Assembly: GCF_028641065.1 (NCBI RefSeq)
Contig: NC_073389.1
Coordinates: 29,016,001-29,080,000 of the forward strand
Length of the DNA: 64,000 nt
Direction: 5' to 3'
DNA from: Leucoraja erinacea
Lineage: Eukaryota
The translations under genes and the position numbers were made by a program. Shown piece by piece: positions 34,138 to 46,538 of this stretch. The notes beneath the pieces are model-generated. The model was not told the origin of the DNA. It ran no database searches and was given only the letters and a program-made list of their open reading frames with translations. Numbering within the stretch: the first letter of the stretch is position 1; each line of letters begins with the position of its first letter.

Positions 34138-34345
34138 AAGTCTCCAGAGGAAACCTCTGGAGACTTTGCGCCCACCCAAGGTTTCCGTGTGGTTCCCGGA
34201 GGTTTTTGTCAGTCTCCCTACCTGCTTCCACTACCTGAAACCTCCGGCAACCACCTGCAACCTCCGGGAACTGCACGGAAACCTTGGGTGGGGCGCAAAG
34301 TCTCCAGAGGTTTCCGTTCAGGTTTCCTAAGTGAGACAGGGGCAT
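34138..34345. mobile_element. Palindromic MITE remnant (Harbinger-like end GCCCCTGTCTCACTTA, rc)
   Basis: Inverted arms CTCTGGAGACTTTGCGCCCACCCAAGGTTTCCGTG / CACGGAAACCTTGGGTGGGGCGCAAAGTCTCCAGAG. Confidence 0.6.
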
Positions 34346-37300
34346 AAATGGAATAACAACGTAATGTGATATAGATATGTGGAGCCGCAGAACCGTGATT
34401 CAATTACATGGCATGAGCAACCTCTTCTCAAAACTACATTGACACTTTTACTAGTCAGTTTCACCATCTCCCGACTGCTGCAATGATCAAAAATGAATTG
34501 AATATTGTCAATGCCCAATCATAGCCAGCCCTCTGGGTGAAATGAATTGTAATGATTCACGTCGCTCTCAGTGGGGATTGAATATCTGCTTGTGACACTG
34601 CTCAGCTTCCATTTGTTGCTCTGTTACTGGAGCATTGGACTTGAGAAACAGCCCTCCTCCCTTCCAACACAACTTCACTTAAATTCAAAGAATGTTACAT
34701 ATTTCAAGAAGAGCATTTGTCATTCTTTTAAACTCTGACGATTGTTGGGTCATCTATTATACCCTCTATATCTATGCAAATGCGCAACTAAGTTTGGAAA
34801 TTATAGCTGAATCCCTTTGGATTTTAGTATTTATGCCTCTTACTAAAAAAAGGCAGTTTATTTGTTAATTGATATTCCATATTGATTGTCACACCTTTAA
34901 CAGTAAATTAATAGTAAATAGTAGACCACCCCCCCCTCAACTGCGATCAATCTAATTAGATCCTAATTTCATTTACCTCTTCTTTATGACTTATTTGAAG
35001 GGGCATCCAAAATATTATTTAACCAGTTTGCTTGTTTATTTATAGATTCTCCTTTTCTATCACAATATTTATCACTGAATGCTTCCTGATCATTATATAC
35101 AGATTCTCTTTTCATCTTGCTCATTCTCTATTTTCTCTATGCTTATCAATTCCACACATACCCTTTGCATTTAGAAAATGCTCCTATGCTGTAAGAGCTG
35201 TAATCTCCTTATGCATACTGTAAGCTGTTTTCATCTAAAGCTGTCCTTACCATCGCCAGTTCATGGAGGCTGTTCCAAATTTGAAGTGGAACATTCCTTT
35301 CTGAGAGGATTATATATCTTTAAAATAATATGTATATTTATTGCAATGCTTAACATTGCTTATGTGTTGCAATACCCTTTCAGGTGATTAGCCAGTGAAT
35401 GCTGCTAATTTATTTCCTAGAGTCATATAGCACAGAAACTGCTCCTTCAATCCATCATCTCCATGCTGACAATCAAGTACCCATCTACACTAATGCCATT
35501 TACTGGCACTGGGCCTGTAGATTTCTCAGTGATTGAAGTGCTTATCCAGATATGTTTTAAATGAGCCACAATCTCTGTTTCCATCAATCCCTTGAGCAAT
35601 GCATTTCCGATTTCAATCACATGATGGGTGGCAAAAAATCTTTCAGCAGAACTTACTTGTTACTCTAATCATATGCCCTCTAACTTTTACCATCTTTGCC
35701 GTGAAGTTGTCTGCGAATTTGATAAACTTCTATCAGCCCCCCCCCCTCCTCCCCCCACCCCTCCTCCCCCCACCCCACCTCAGCCTTCTCTCCAAGGAAA
35801 CAAACATTGCATGTAAAAAACATTCTGGTGAATCTCCACTGAACCCTCTCCTGTGGAAACATTTTGGTTCTTAAAGAGTGCTACAGGCTAATGAATGTTT
35901 TATAATGATGTAACATGATGACCCTGCTCTTGCATTCTAGGCCCTGGCATTAAAAGCAAGTATCCCTTATGCCTGCTTGTTACCCCATGTACCTGTGGTG
36001 CCACCTTCAGGGATCCTTGAACAGGACAGTCCCTCTGTCCCTCTTATTCCCCACGGCCCAACCCTTAATTGTGAATGTACTCCCAAATGGCATCACATTA
36101 GATGTGCAATGTTCCAATATTTACTTAACAGATGGGGTGTTTTCAGGCTGAGCCAGCATTTAATTGCCCTTGAGATGGTGGTGATGAGCTGCCCCCTTGA
36201 ACTGCTGCAGTCCTTGAGGTGTGGGTACACCTACAATGTTGTTAGGACGTTCCAGTATTTTGACCAGTGATGGTGAAAGGATAGTGATATATTTCCAGGT
36301 AAGGATGATGCTTGTAAAACTGCAGCAAGTAAGAATCGAAAAAGGGTCTCGAGCCGAAACGTCACCAATTCATTCTCTCCAAAGATGCCGCCTGTCCCGC
36401 TGAGTTACTCCAACATTTTGTGTCTACCTAAGAATCTCATTATTGTGTTTCCAGGGTGTATGACAAGTAAATACTCTTGACTGCAATTTCTTGCTGTCTT
36501 GGATGGAGTTATTCCCAAACCAGGCTGTGATTCAGTCCAATAAAATGCTTTCACCTCGCATCTGTTGAAGTTGGTAAGGGTTGTTGGGGACATGCTCAAT
36601 TTCCCAAACATTCTAAGGAAGTAGAGGCATTCTGTGCTTTCTTGAATGTGGCTGGTCCAGGACAAATATTTGTGATATGCTTGTGATATTTACTCCTAGG
36701 AACTTGAAGCTTTAAACCTTCTCTACCTCAGCACCTTCAATATTTTATGGGGTGTCTGTACTACTTCACTTCCTGAAGTCATTCACAATCTCCTTTGTCT
36801 TGCTGATATTGAGGTTACAAGGTTATCATCTGCTTTCTGTACTCCGGCTCGTCATTATTTAATATTCGGCCCAATACTGTGGTGTCAATAGACAATAGAC
36901 AGTAGGTGCAGGAGTAGGTTTCATTCGCCCCTTCGAGCACCGACATTCAATGTGATCATGGCTGGTCATCCACAATCAGTACCCCCCCGTTCCTGCTTTC
37001 TCAACATATCCCCTGACCGCTATCTTTAAGCCCTATCTAGCTCTCTCTTGAAAGTATCCAGAGAACCAGCCTCCAACACCCTCCGAGGCAGAGAATTCCA
37101 CGGACATAACTCTCTGTGTGAAAAAGTGTTTCCTCATTTCTGTTCTAAATCGCTTACCCTTTATTCTTAAACTGTGCCCCTGGTTCTGGACTCCCCCAAC
37201 ATCATGAACATGTTTCTTGCCTCTAGTGGTCCAAACCCATAATAATCTTATATGTTTCAATAAGATCCCTCCCATCCTTCTAAATTCCAGAGTATACAAG

Positions 37301-37516
37301 CCCAGCCGCTCCATTCTCACAGCATATGACCATCCCACCATCACGGGAATTAACCTTGTGAACCTACGCTGCACTCTCTCAATAGCAAGGATGTCCTTCC
37401 TCAAATTTGGAGACCAAAACTGCACACAATACTTCAGGTGTGGTCTCACTAGGACCCCGTACAACTGGAGAAGGACCTCTTTGCTCCTATACTCAACTTC
37501 TCTTTTTATGAAGGCC

Positions 37517-37712
37517 CCCTCCCTTTTCATCTGTGCATTAATTGCCTCATATTGTGTTGATGAATTGAATTCTGTCTTTACTCTGTGTACTAGTCATGTC
37601 TCTACTATTTATTTCATTCCCCTTACACGTTTTTCCTCTACCTGCTAAATTTTTGTAAGGTGTCCTTGAGACTCTTGAAAGGCGCCCATAAATAAAATTT
37701 ATTATTATTTTT
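37517..37712 (+). mobile_element. L2-type LINE/SINE 3' end inserted in the CR1
   Basis: TGTAAGGTGTCCTTGAG...GAAAGGCGCCCATAAATAAA...(TTA)n; CR1 sequence resumes exactly across it (AAGGCC|AACATGCC). Confidence 0.65.
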
Positions 37713-38338
37713 AACATGCCATTCGCTTTCTTCACTGTCTGCTGTACCTGCATGCTTACTTTCATTGACCGATGAACAAGGACACCCAGATCCTGTTGTA
37801 CTTCCCCTTTTCTCAACTTGACACCATTTTGATAATGATCTGCCTTCCTGTTTTTGCTACCAAAGTGGATAACCTCACATTTATCCACATTAAACTGCAT
37901 CTGCCATGCATCTGCCCACTCCCCTAACCTGTCCAAGTCACCCTGCATTCTCATAGCATCCTCTTCACAGTTCACACTGCCACCCAGCTTTGTGTCATCT
38001 GCAAATTTGCTACTGTTACTTCGAATCCCTTCATCTAAATCATGGATGTATATTGTAAATAGCTGCGGTCCCAGCACCAAGCCTTGCGGTACACCACTAG
38101 TCACTGCCTGCCATTCTGAAAGGGACCCATTAATCCCTACTCTTTATTTCCTGTCTGCCAACCAATTTTCTATCTATGTCAGCACTCTACCCCCAATACC
38201 GTGTGCCCTAATTTTGCCCACTAAATCTCCTATGTGGGACCTTATCAAATGCTTTCTGAAAGTCCAGGTACACTACATCAACTGGCTCTCCCTTGTCCAT
38301 TTTCCTAGTTACATCCTCAAAAAATCCCAGAAGTTTAG

Positions 38339-39432
38339 AATAGAATAGAATAGAATACGTTTATTGTCATTGCACAACAACTGTACAACAAAATTCCATT
38401 GCATCTCCTTCGGTGTGTACATAGAAGACACAGGATAAAAGATTTAAAAAGAACAAATCACAACAGCCATTGACTCACATATACACAAGATCAGTAAAGA
38501 AAATAATAAATAGGTATTAAAAATATTTTAAAAGAATATTGCGCATTATCTTGCACTCCGAATTATATTGTGCTTCCCCCAGTGTTCTCTGTTAGAGTTA
38601 AGTTATTTTATCGCACATGGGTAGAAACTATTTTTTAGTCTACCAGTTGTGAGCCTTCATAGACCTGTATCGCCTCCCAGAGGGTAGCAGGGTGATAAGG
38701 TGGTTGGCAGGGTGGGATGTGTCCTGCTTGATGTTTGTGGCCTGGTCATGGCGGTGGAACTTAAAGTCAGTGACTCTCTCCACCATGTCTCCTTTGATGT
38801 AGAGAGGAGCAGGATCCTCTCTCCTCCTCCTGAAGTCAATAACCAGTTCTTTTGTTTTGGTTGGGTTGAGTACCAGGTTATTTTTAGTGCACCAGACAGT
38901 CAGTTTTTGGACTTCATCTCTGTAGGCAGACTCGTCGTTGTTATTTATCAGCCCCACCACAGTCGTGTCGTCTGCAAACTTGATTATCCGGTTTGTGCTG
39001 TGTATTGGTGTGCAGTCATGGGTGCATATAGTGTATAAGATAGGACTCAGCACACAACCTTGTGGCGCTCCAGTGCTGAGCATCAGGACTGGGGAGTGAT
39101 TGAACCCCATCCTGACAGTCTGTCGAGGGTCTGTTAAGAAGTCCTTGATCCATCTGCATGTGTAGGCATTAACACCCAGGTCAGACAGTTTGTCCACCAT
39201 TCTGCTAGGGATGATGGTATTAAATGCAGAACTAAAATCTACAAACAACATCCTCACATATGAGCCAGGGTGTTCCAGCTGAGACAGTGCAGAATGTAGA
39301 CCTATGTTGATGGCATCCTCTGTTGACCTATTAGCTCTATATGCAAACTGATGCTGATCCTGGGTGGGTGGGAGTGAGGATTTAATGTGGGCCAGGACCA
39401 GCATCTCTAAGCACTTCATCACAGTTGAAGTG
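38339..39432 (-). mobile_element. 5'-truncated Rex1/Babar-type LINE inserted in the CR1
   Basis: VMKCLE...HQFAYRANRSTEDAI...VRMLFVDFSSAFNTI...GAPQGCVLSP...KFADDT; (TAGAA)n tail; 7-bp TSD AGTTTAG (38332-38338, 39433-39439). Confidence 0.88.
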
Positions 39433-39671
39433 AGTTTAGTCAAGCATGATTTCCCCTTCGTAAATCCATGCTGACTTGGACCGATCCTGTTACTGCTATC
39501 CAAATGTGCCGCTATTTCGTCTTTTATGATTGACGCCAGCATCTTCCCCACCACTGATGTCAGGCTAACTGGTCTATGATTCCCTGTTTTCTCTCTCCCG
39601 CCTTTCTTAAAAAAGTGGGATAACATAGCTACCCTCCAATCCACAGGAACTGATCCCGAATCTATAGAACA

Positions 39672-40113
39672 CTAGACCAAGTGCGGACCCGTTGGGTCTG
39701 TTCCCCCAACGTGCGGTTGTGGGGGGGGAGGCGGCATGCAGCGTCACACACACTAACTATCCCCCCCCCCCCTCCCCCTGCACTCACGCTAATTACCCCC
39801 CTTGATATTATTTTGCTCCTTTTACCCCATAACCACCCTATCTACTGACGCATAGCCCCCAACTTGCAATCACATCTTAAGAGGGGGGGAGGGGGGGAGG
39901 GGGGTAGATAATGAGGGAAGAGAGAGAAGCGGCAGGGACACAGAGAGAGGGGAAAGAGGGAGAGGGGGTGGCGAGGAGGAGAAGAGGGAGGGTGGGTGAG
40001 AGTGGAAAGGTGGGGGTGGAGGGGGAAGGAGAGAGAGAGGGGGGGGAGAGGTGAGGAGAGAGGGGGGAGAGGTGAGGGGAGGGGGGGGAGAGGTGAGGGG
40101 AGGGGGGGGGGGT

Positions 40114-40144
<31 letters not shown>

Positions 40145-40267
40145 AAGGGGGAGGGGGGGGGGGGGGGGGGGGGGGGAGGGGGGGGGGGGGGGGGGGGGAG
40201 GAAGGGAGGGGGAGGGGGGGTGGAGGGGAGGGGGGGGGGGGGGGGGGGGGTGGGGGGGGTGTGGGGT

Positions 40268-40319
<52 letters not shown>

Positions 40320-40848
40320 GGGGAGGGGGGGGGGGGAGGGGGAGGGGGGGGGGGGGGGGGGGGGAGGGGTGGGAGAGGAGGAGAAGGGGAGAGAGAGAGT
40401 GCCTTTTTATTTCAACCCAAACCCCCCAAACAACCATTTGCAGGCAGAGCTTTTTTACTTTAACCATATTTTCATTTTCAAACCGCATTAAGGGTACTTA
40501 CTCACAGTTGTGTGGACATGTGTTCAGTGTTATTCACAGCTCAGAGAAAAGTGACCCTCTGCCTTCTTCTAGCTTGCAAACTAATTGAGGCACACCACTT
40601 CCTGGTTTTATAGTCCATCCCCCCCTACCACCAGCGGGGGCAGCAGAGAGAATGGGGAATTTTGTAAAATCATTAATATCTCTATCATGTTTCATCGACT
40701 GGAAAAATCCTCGGCACACATGCGGCGGAGGGGGGCTCTGAGCGAGGTGGCCAAAAATGACGGCCGTAGGTGGCAGCGTTCTCTCGGAAATCGCAGCACA
40801 GATCGCCAAAACCGGTCAAGAACAGACTTTTAGTAATATATAGATAGA
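39672..40848 (-). mobile_element. Non-autonomous Helitron
   Basis: Minus strand 5' TCTATCTATATATTACTAAAA ... 3' hairpin GACCC-AAC-GGGTC then CTAG; inserted between A and T with no TSD (CR1 resumes GAACA|TTGGAAAATG). Confidence 0.85.
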
Positions 40849-42145
40849 TTGGAAAATGATCACCAATGCGTCCACAATTTCTAGAGCCACTTCCTTATGC
40901 AGACCATCAGGCCCTGGGGATTTATCAGCCTTCAGTCCCATCAGTCTACCCAACACCATTTCCTGCCAAATGTGTATTTCATTCTGTTCTTCCGTCACCC
41001 CAGATCCTCTGGCCACTAGTACATCAGGAAGATTGTTTGTGGCCTCCTTACCACCAATGATGCTGCCTGACTTTACTTTGTAGGTAGATATAGTCCTCAG
41101 GCCTTGCCACAGTCGATGGGTGTCTGAGTGTTTATGCTGGGACTCAAGTTCATCCTGGTATTGGCTCTTGGCATTCCTGTTGGCTTTGCAAAGGTCGTAG
41201 CGAGATTTCTTGTACCTTCAATGGAAGTCAAAAGTGGATTTGATGAAGTTGGATTACAACAAGATCAGATGAGATATGGAACAGCTGATGGTACACATTG
41301 GGGAACACATACGTTCGGAAAGAGATATGGGGGGGATATGGCAAACGGCCTCGTTACACAGCAATTGCTAATGATCTGGAACTCGCTGTCTCTGATGGTT
41401 CACTGAGGTAACAATTGAATAGGCACTTGAGGGGAATAAGCTTGCAAGGTTTCAGAGCTTGACCAGTGGAACAGGATTTTCTGTACTGCTCTGTACAGAG
41501 CCAGCATGGACAATGGGTTGCAGAGCCTCCTCCAGGATTGAAATGAATTCAAGACTCTACAGAAGTACTTCAAATGCATTGTAGGAACTTGTCTCCCTGC
41601 TGCGCTGTTCTATGTATGTAATATACTTTCACTGAATTTCGGCTTGGTGGTTCAATGACAGTAATGTTGAACATGGCAGCATGACGGTGCGATTACAGTA
41701 CTGTAACACAGTGTGGCAGTTGTGAGACAGTAATGCACACCTGAGCATGAAAGTTAATGACGTTGTAATACCATCATATTATAATAACGGTGAAATTGAC
41801 CAAGTAGTAGTGTGGCTCTATGTCTCTGTAATGTAGTCACACCATAATGTAGCAATACAATGCCAGAAGATCACAGGCTTTCTGTTGCTAGTGTAGTCTG
41901 TTTCACCATCAAATGTAGATGTTGTGAGGCAGTCACTTTCATGCCTGCTACATCATCACATTCTAATATAAACTGGGTGCTAAGTGCTACTCAGAGCTGA
42001 GCAGTGAGAGATTTATATGTAAAGAGACGATTTGGCACCAATTTTCTTCCCTCCTTCATTATTATCTCCATCTCTCCCCCACCTGACTCATTTGCTAATA
42101 AACCCTCTTCGCCCGGATACACATGTCTCTTGAGCATAATAGGGC

Positions 42146-42440
42146 AGCACGGTGGCCCAGCAGTAGAGTTGCTGCCTAGCAGCACCAGAGACGCAGGTTT
42201 TGATCCTTACTACGGGTGCAGTCTGTACAGAGTTTGTACGTTTTCCCCGTGACCTGCGTGGGTTTTCACCGAGATCTTCCGTTTCCTCTCACACTCCAAA
42301 GAGGTACAGGTTTGTAGATTAATTGGCTTGGTATAAATGTAAATTGTCCCTAGTGTGTGTAGGGTGGTGTTAGTGTGTCTGTGCGGACTTGGTGGGCTGA
42401 AGGACCTGTTTCTGCGCTGTATCTCTAAACTAAAAACTAA
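42146..42440 (+). mobile_element. HE1/V-SINE-type SINE
   Basis: tRNA-like head GCACGGTGGCCCAGCAGTAGAGTTGCTGCC, V-domain, (CTAAA)n tail. Confidence 0.8.
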
Positions 42441-42499
42441 ACACAAAATGCTGGAGGGACTCAGCAGGAAGCATCTGTGGAGGTAATGGAAAGGATTCA

Positions 42500-43020
42500 G
42501 TACCAAATTAATCTCGCACCACTAACACTCTCTTCCGCTTGGTTGAACTTGTCCTTGCCCTCAACAACTTGTCTTTTGACTCCTCTCACTTTCTCCAAGT
42601 TAAAGGTGTATAGCCATAGACACTCGCATAAGCCGCAGCCATGCCTGCCTTTTTTTATCGGTTATATCAAACAGTCCTTGTCGCATGTTTTATACTGGCA
42701 CTATCTCCCACCTCTTTCTCCACTACATCAATGAGTGCATTGGGGCTGACCCCTGCACCTGTGCAGAACTCACTGATTTCATTAACTTCACCAAGCATTG
42801 TCCTAGTGAACGTTTCACCAAACACTCATACTTGGTCCACCATGGCTTACTGCATCTCCTGGCTAACCATTTTAACTCTCCTTCTCATTGCAATACTGAC
42901 CTTTCAGCCTGGGCCAGCTCAATTGTCATTGTCAGGTCACACACAAACTGGAGGAACAGCACACATTCTACTTGGATAACTTACAACCCAGGGGTACAAA
43001 CATTGAATTCTCCAATATCA
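42500..43020 (+). mobile_element. Penelope-like element remnant (RT + GIY-YIG pieces)
   Basis: ELVLALNN.SFDSSHFLQVKGV and ERFTKH...LANHFNSPSH..TDLS motifs, with deletions. Confidence 0.7.
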
Positions 43021-44185
43021 GTAGCCTCTAATACCCCCCCCCCCCCCCCCCCCCCCATTCACAGATAAAGGGTATAAAATGAGTTGCAAGATCAAATCTG
43101 ATTAAAGATAGTTCAATCTCCTGTAAATTGTTGGGAGGACAGGACCACACTCTAACTGATGAGAGGACTGTTCATTTGCCTGTTAAAGCTGGGAAGAAAC
43201 TGTCACTGAATCTGGAGGTACAGTATGTGTTTTCGCACATCTGTTCCTCTTGACTGAAGGGAGAGAGGAGAGGGTGAGACTGGTCCTTTATTATGCTGGT
43301 GGCCTTGCAAGGCGCCATGAGGTGTAAATGGAGTCCATGGAAGGGAGATTGGTTTGAGGGATAGTCTGGGCTACGACAACAACTCTGCAACTTCTTGCCA
43401 CCTTGGATGGGGCTGTTCCCATACCAGGCTGTGGTCGCATCTGTAGAAGTTGAGTCTGTGCTGGCTCACTGAGCAATCCCATCAGTTCTATTCTCCCACA
43501 AGTTCCTCTGTCATCTTTTTTTTTACACTTGTCGGCCAAATCCCTCATCAGTTCTACCACCACTCTCCCACCCACATCAGGGGTAATTTACAGTAGCCAA
43601 TAAACCTACCCATACACACATCTTTGATAAAAATCCATGTAGACAACATCCACTTCCCCAACCCTCAGGGATCACCTTCGTCACCTCAAAATGTCTATCA
43701 AGATAGTAAGACATGACCTACCACATTTAATGGCATCTTGATACTGCGCCAACTGGCCTGAGATGTCTGTTGGGAGGAGTGCAATGCCCCCACCGGTCTA
43801 AGAGGCGATCACACTCTTCCCAAGTGTTCTTAGTTTTTTTTTAGTTTTAGTTTTAAAGACACAGTGTGGAAACAGGCCCTGCGGCCCACCGAGTCCACAC
43901 TGACCATTGATCACCCTCACACTAGTTCCATGATATCCTACTTTGGCATCCTACATGTTAGGGGCAATTTACAGAAGCCAAGTTTGAAAGTGGGAGGAAA
44001 CCAGAGCGCCGGGAGAAAATCAATGCAGTCACATGGAGAATGTACAAGCTTGGCACTGACAGCACCTGTAGTCAGAATCCAAACTGGTCCGTGGCACGGT
44101 GAGGCAGCAGCTCTACCACTGCACCACGTGCCGGGCTGTCGCTGCTCTCTGGTAACATCTTGGTTTTCATTTTCAAAATGTCCAG

Positions 44186-44427
44186 GTGCTCGTGTTCTAC
44201 CACCACCCCATGGCCCACAGCTTTCCCTTCCTCTGGCCGGGGCATCAGATCCCAGCACCCTGGGCCAATACCAATGATGCTCAGAAACTGGTGCAGTTCC
44301 TGGAGACAACCCTGAGTGAGCGGGCAAGGCGAAGGACTTTCCACGTGTCGCAGGCAATCCTGACCCCACATGCCAAGACTGTCATCCAGGGAATGATTGT
44401 CGGACTACGGGATTCTCTCGTCGCAAG
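44186..44427 (+). CDS. PLCXD2: PLCXD2 exon 3
   Basis: tccag|GTG...AG|gttggg; 242 nt VLVFYHHP...WPGHQIPAPWANT...FLETTLSERA...FHVSQAILTP. Confidence 0.95.
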
Positions 44428-44634
44428 GTTGGGTAAAATTCTTGTATTTGGCACTTGCATTCATTGTTTTGTTACTATGCTTATGAAGAAACATAAGTCA
44501 TACAGTACTGAAACAGGCATTTGAATCTACCTTGTCTATGCTGACCAGCAAATTTACATTAATCAAATTTTCTAGCTCTTAACCCTTGATTTTCTCTGCC
44601 TTGATAATCTACTCATCGAGATGCATATTAGACA

Positions 44635-45876
44635 CTAGACTAAGTGGGGGGGTCCCAGTCACACGGGAGGCCTGGTTCCCCAACGCAACCCATTCCCCCA
44701 ATGCAATATTCCCCCACTCACCCATAGCCCTAACTATGCAGGCGTGGCTCACTTTCCCACATCCCCGAGCACTCCCTCCCCCTCCTCTTCAAGTGTGAGA
44801 GGGGAGGGGGGTAGGTTAATGGGGTGTGTGGTGGGGGGTGGCGGGGGGTGAGGTGGGAGGGGAGGGGGTGTGAGTGGTGTGTAGGTGTGTGGAGGTGTAG
44901 GAGGGGTGGGGGGAGAGGTGGGTGGGGTGTGGGGGGGGGGGGGGGGGGGGGGTGGGGTGTTTGGGGGGAGGTGTGTGTGGGGGGGGGGGGAGGGTGGTGT
45001 GGGGGACGGTGTTTGGGAGGGGTTGTGTGTGGGTGAGGGGTGTGTATGTGGGCAGGGGGGGTGGGAGGCTTGTGGGGGAGGGGGGTTGGGGGGGGGAGAA
45101 GGGTGTGTGGGGGGGGGGGGGAGTGAGTTTGGGGAAGAGCAATGGGGGAGAGGGGGGCATCACGGGGGAGGAGGGACCAGAGCGGTAGTGGCTGGAATTG
45201 GCGGTGCGGTGGGAACTCGCAGCTGGTCGCTGGTCGTTCTCCTCCGCTGGGATCAGAGTCTCCGCTTTCTGTTTGGCGACATCTCCGGTTTGGGCTGGGT
45301 CTCTGACTCTGGGCTGGGCTGGTCTGGGTCTCCCATGCTGGGCTGGGTGGGGTCTCCGACACGGGGCTGCTTCTTTGGGGCTGGGCTGCTGCTTGGGGCG
45401 GGGCTGCTGCTTGGGGCGGGGCTGCTGCTTGGGGCTGGGCTGCTGCTTGGGGCGGGGCTGCTGCTTGGAGCTGGGCTGCTGCTTGGGGCGGGGCTGCTTC
45501 GGGTCCCTCTGAATGTCCGGTTGGAAACCTCCGCCGGCCACCCTCAGCTCCAGTAAAGATAGGATGTCGCAGGAAGGGGTGGACCGTCCCAGGGAGTGAC
45601 AGGGAAAGAGACTAATTCGCTCGGCACTGACTGGCAGGAGATGAGTTCGATCTGCTTACGCGCGTTTTTTAAAAAAAATTTAAACCTCGCTAACTTTTAC
45701 GACATTCAACTGATCGGAACGCATCGTAGACTCGCAGCACAGGAGAACAGTGAGTGAACTGGCAAAAATTCGTAGCGCTATTGCAAACCGTTTTTGCTCA
45801 AATAGAAAGACTGCCAAACCGGAAAGTAACAAGATCAGAGTTTTAGTGATATATAGATAGAAGATAGATAGATAGA
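44635..45876 (-). mobile_element. Second non-autonomous Helitron
   Basis: Minus strand 5' TCTATC...TATATATCACTAAAA, 3' CACTTAGTCTAG; A|T target (GACA|TTGC); internal G/C-rich tract and 18-bp minisatellite. Confidence 0.78.
45377..45498. repeat. 18-bp minisatellite (GGGGCGGGGCTGCTGCTT-like, ~6-7 units)
   Basis: Direct tandem copies inside the Helitron. Confidence 0.85.
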
Positions 45877-46538
45877 TTGCAATGTATCTGCCTCCATCAC
45901 CCACCCAGACAATGTGCTCCAGATTATAATATCTAAAATTATGATAGGCAGAACCTTTTTCCCCAGAGCAATTTCTCCAGAAATGTCCAATACTAGAGGG
46001 CATACCTATAAGGTGACCAAACTGACAATTGTTTTTACACAGAGGGTGCTGGGGGACTGAAGCGTATTGCCTGGGGTGGTGGTGGAGGTAAATACGATAG
46101 CAGCATTGTTGAGGCTTTTAGATAGGCATATGGAAGTGCAGAGAATAGAGGGATATGGATCATTCGCAGGCAGATAAGATTGGTTCAACTAGGCATGATT
46201 TCAGAATAAACATTGTGGATTGAAGGGCACACTCCTGTGCTCCACTGTTCTGTGGTCTATGTAATCATCCCCTAACTATAAAGTTCCACCTTGGATCCCC
46301 AGCCCAGTCCATCACACAAATGAGCCTCCTTACGCCACCTCTTCCCCACCATTGATTATGTACACCACGCTACTTCAGGAAACCAGCCAATACAATCAAG
46401 GACTGCAGTTTTGACAATATAAATCTTATTAGCAGTGTAATAATAGGCTGGAGCTATTGGCAAAGGAATAATCTGGATTGTGTGTCGGCGAATGTTATGA
46501 TGAAGGTACACTGTTTTTTTTATGAGGAAAAGTTGTGT

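Larger units (their letters stand above)
36886..41040 (-). mobile_element. CR1 LINE (RT region to 3' tail) disrupted by three nested insertions
   Basis: ORF pieces SGVPQGLVLGP...KFADDTK, RPHLKYCVQFWSP, RPVSLTSVVGK, KSPGPDGLH; (CAATAGA)n tail at 36886. Confidence 0.9.

Noticed and set aside
38640-39644. 334-aa RT ORF as a novel gene
   Set aside because: Chimera from a Rex1 insertion into CR1 with visible TSDs; no promoter or exon evidence
39877-40588. Poly-Pro/poly-Gly ORFs (also 44730-45556 and 55518-56245)
   Set aside because: Low-complexity G/C tracts, two of them inside Helitrons, likely with homopolymer errors
42146-42215. tRNA gene
   Set aside because: tRNA-derived SINE head running into V-domain and tail; no complete cloverleaf
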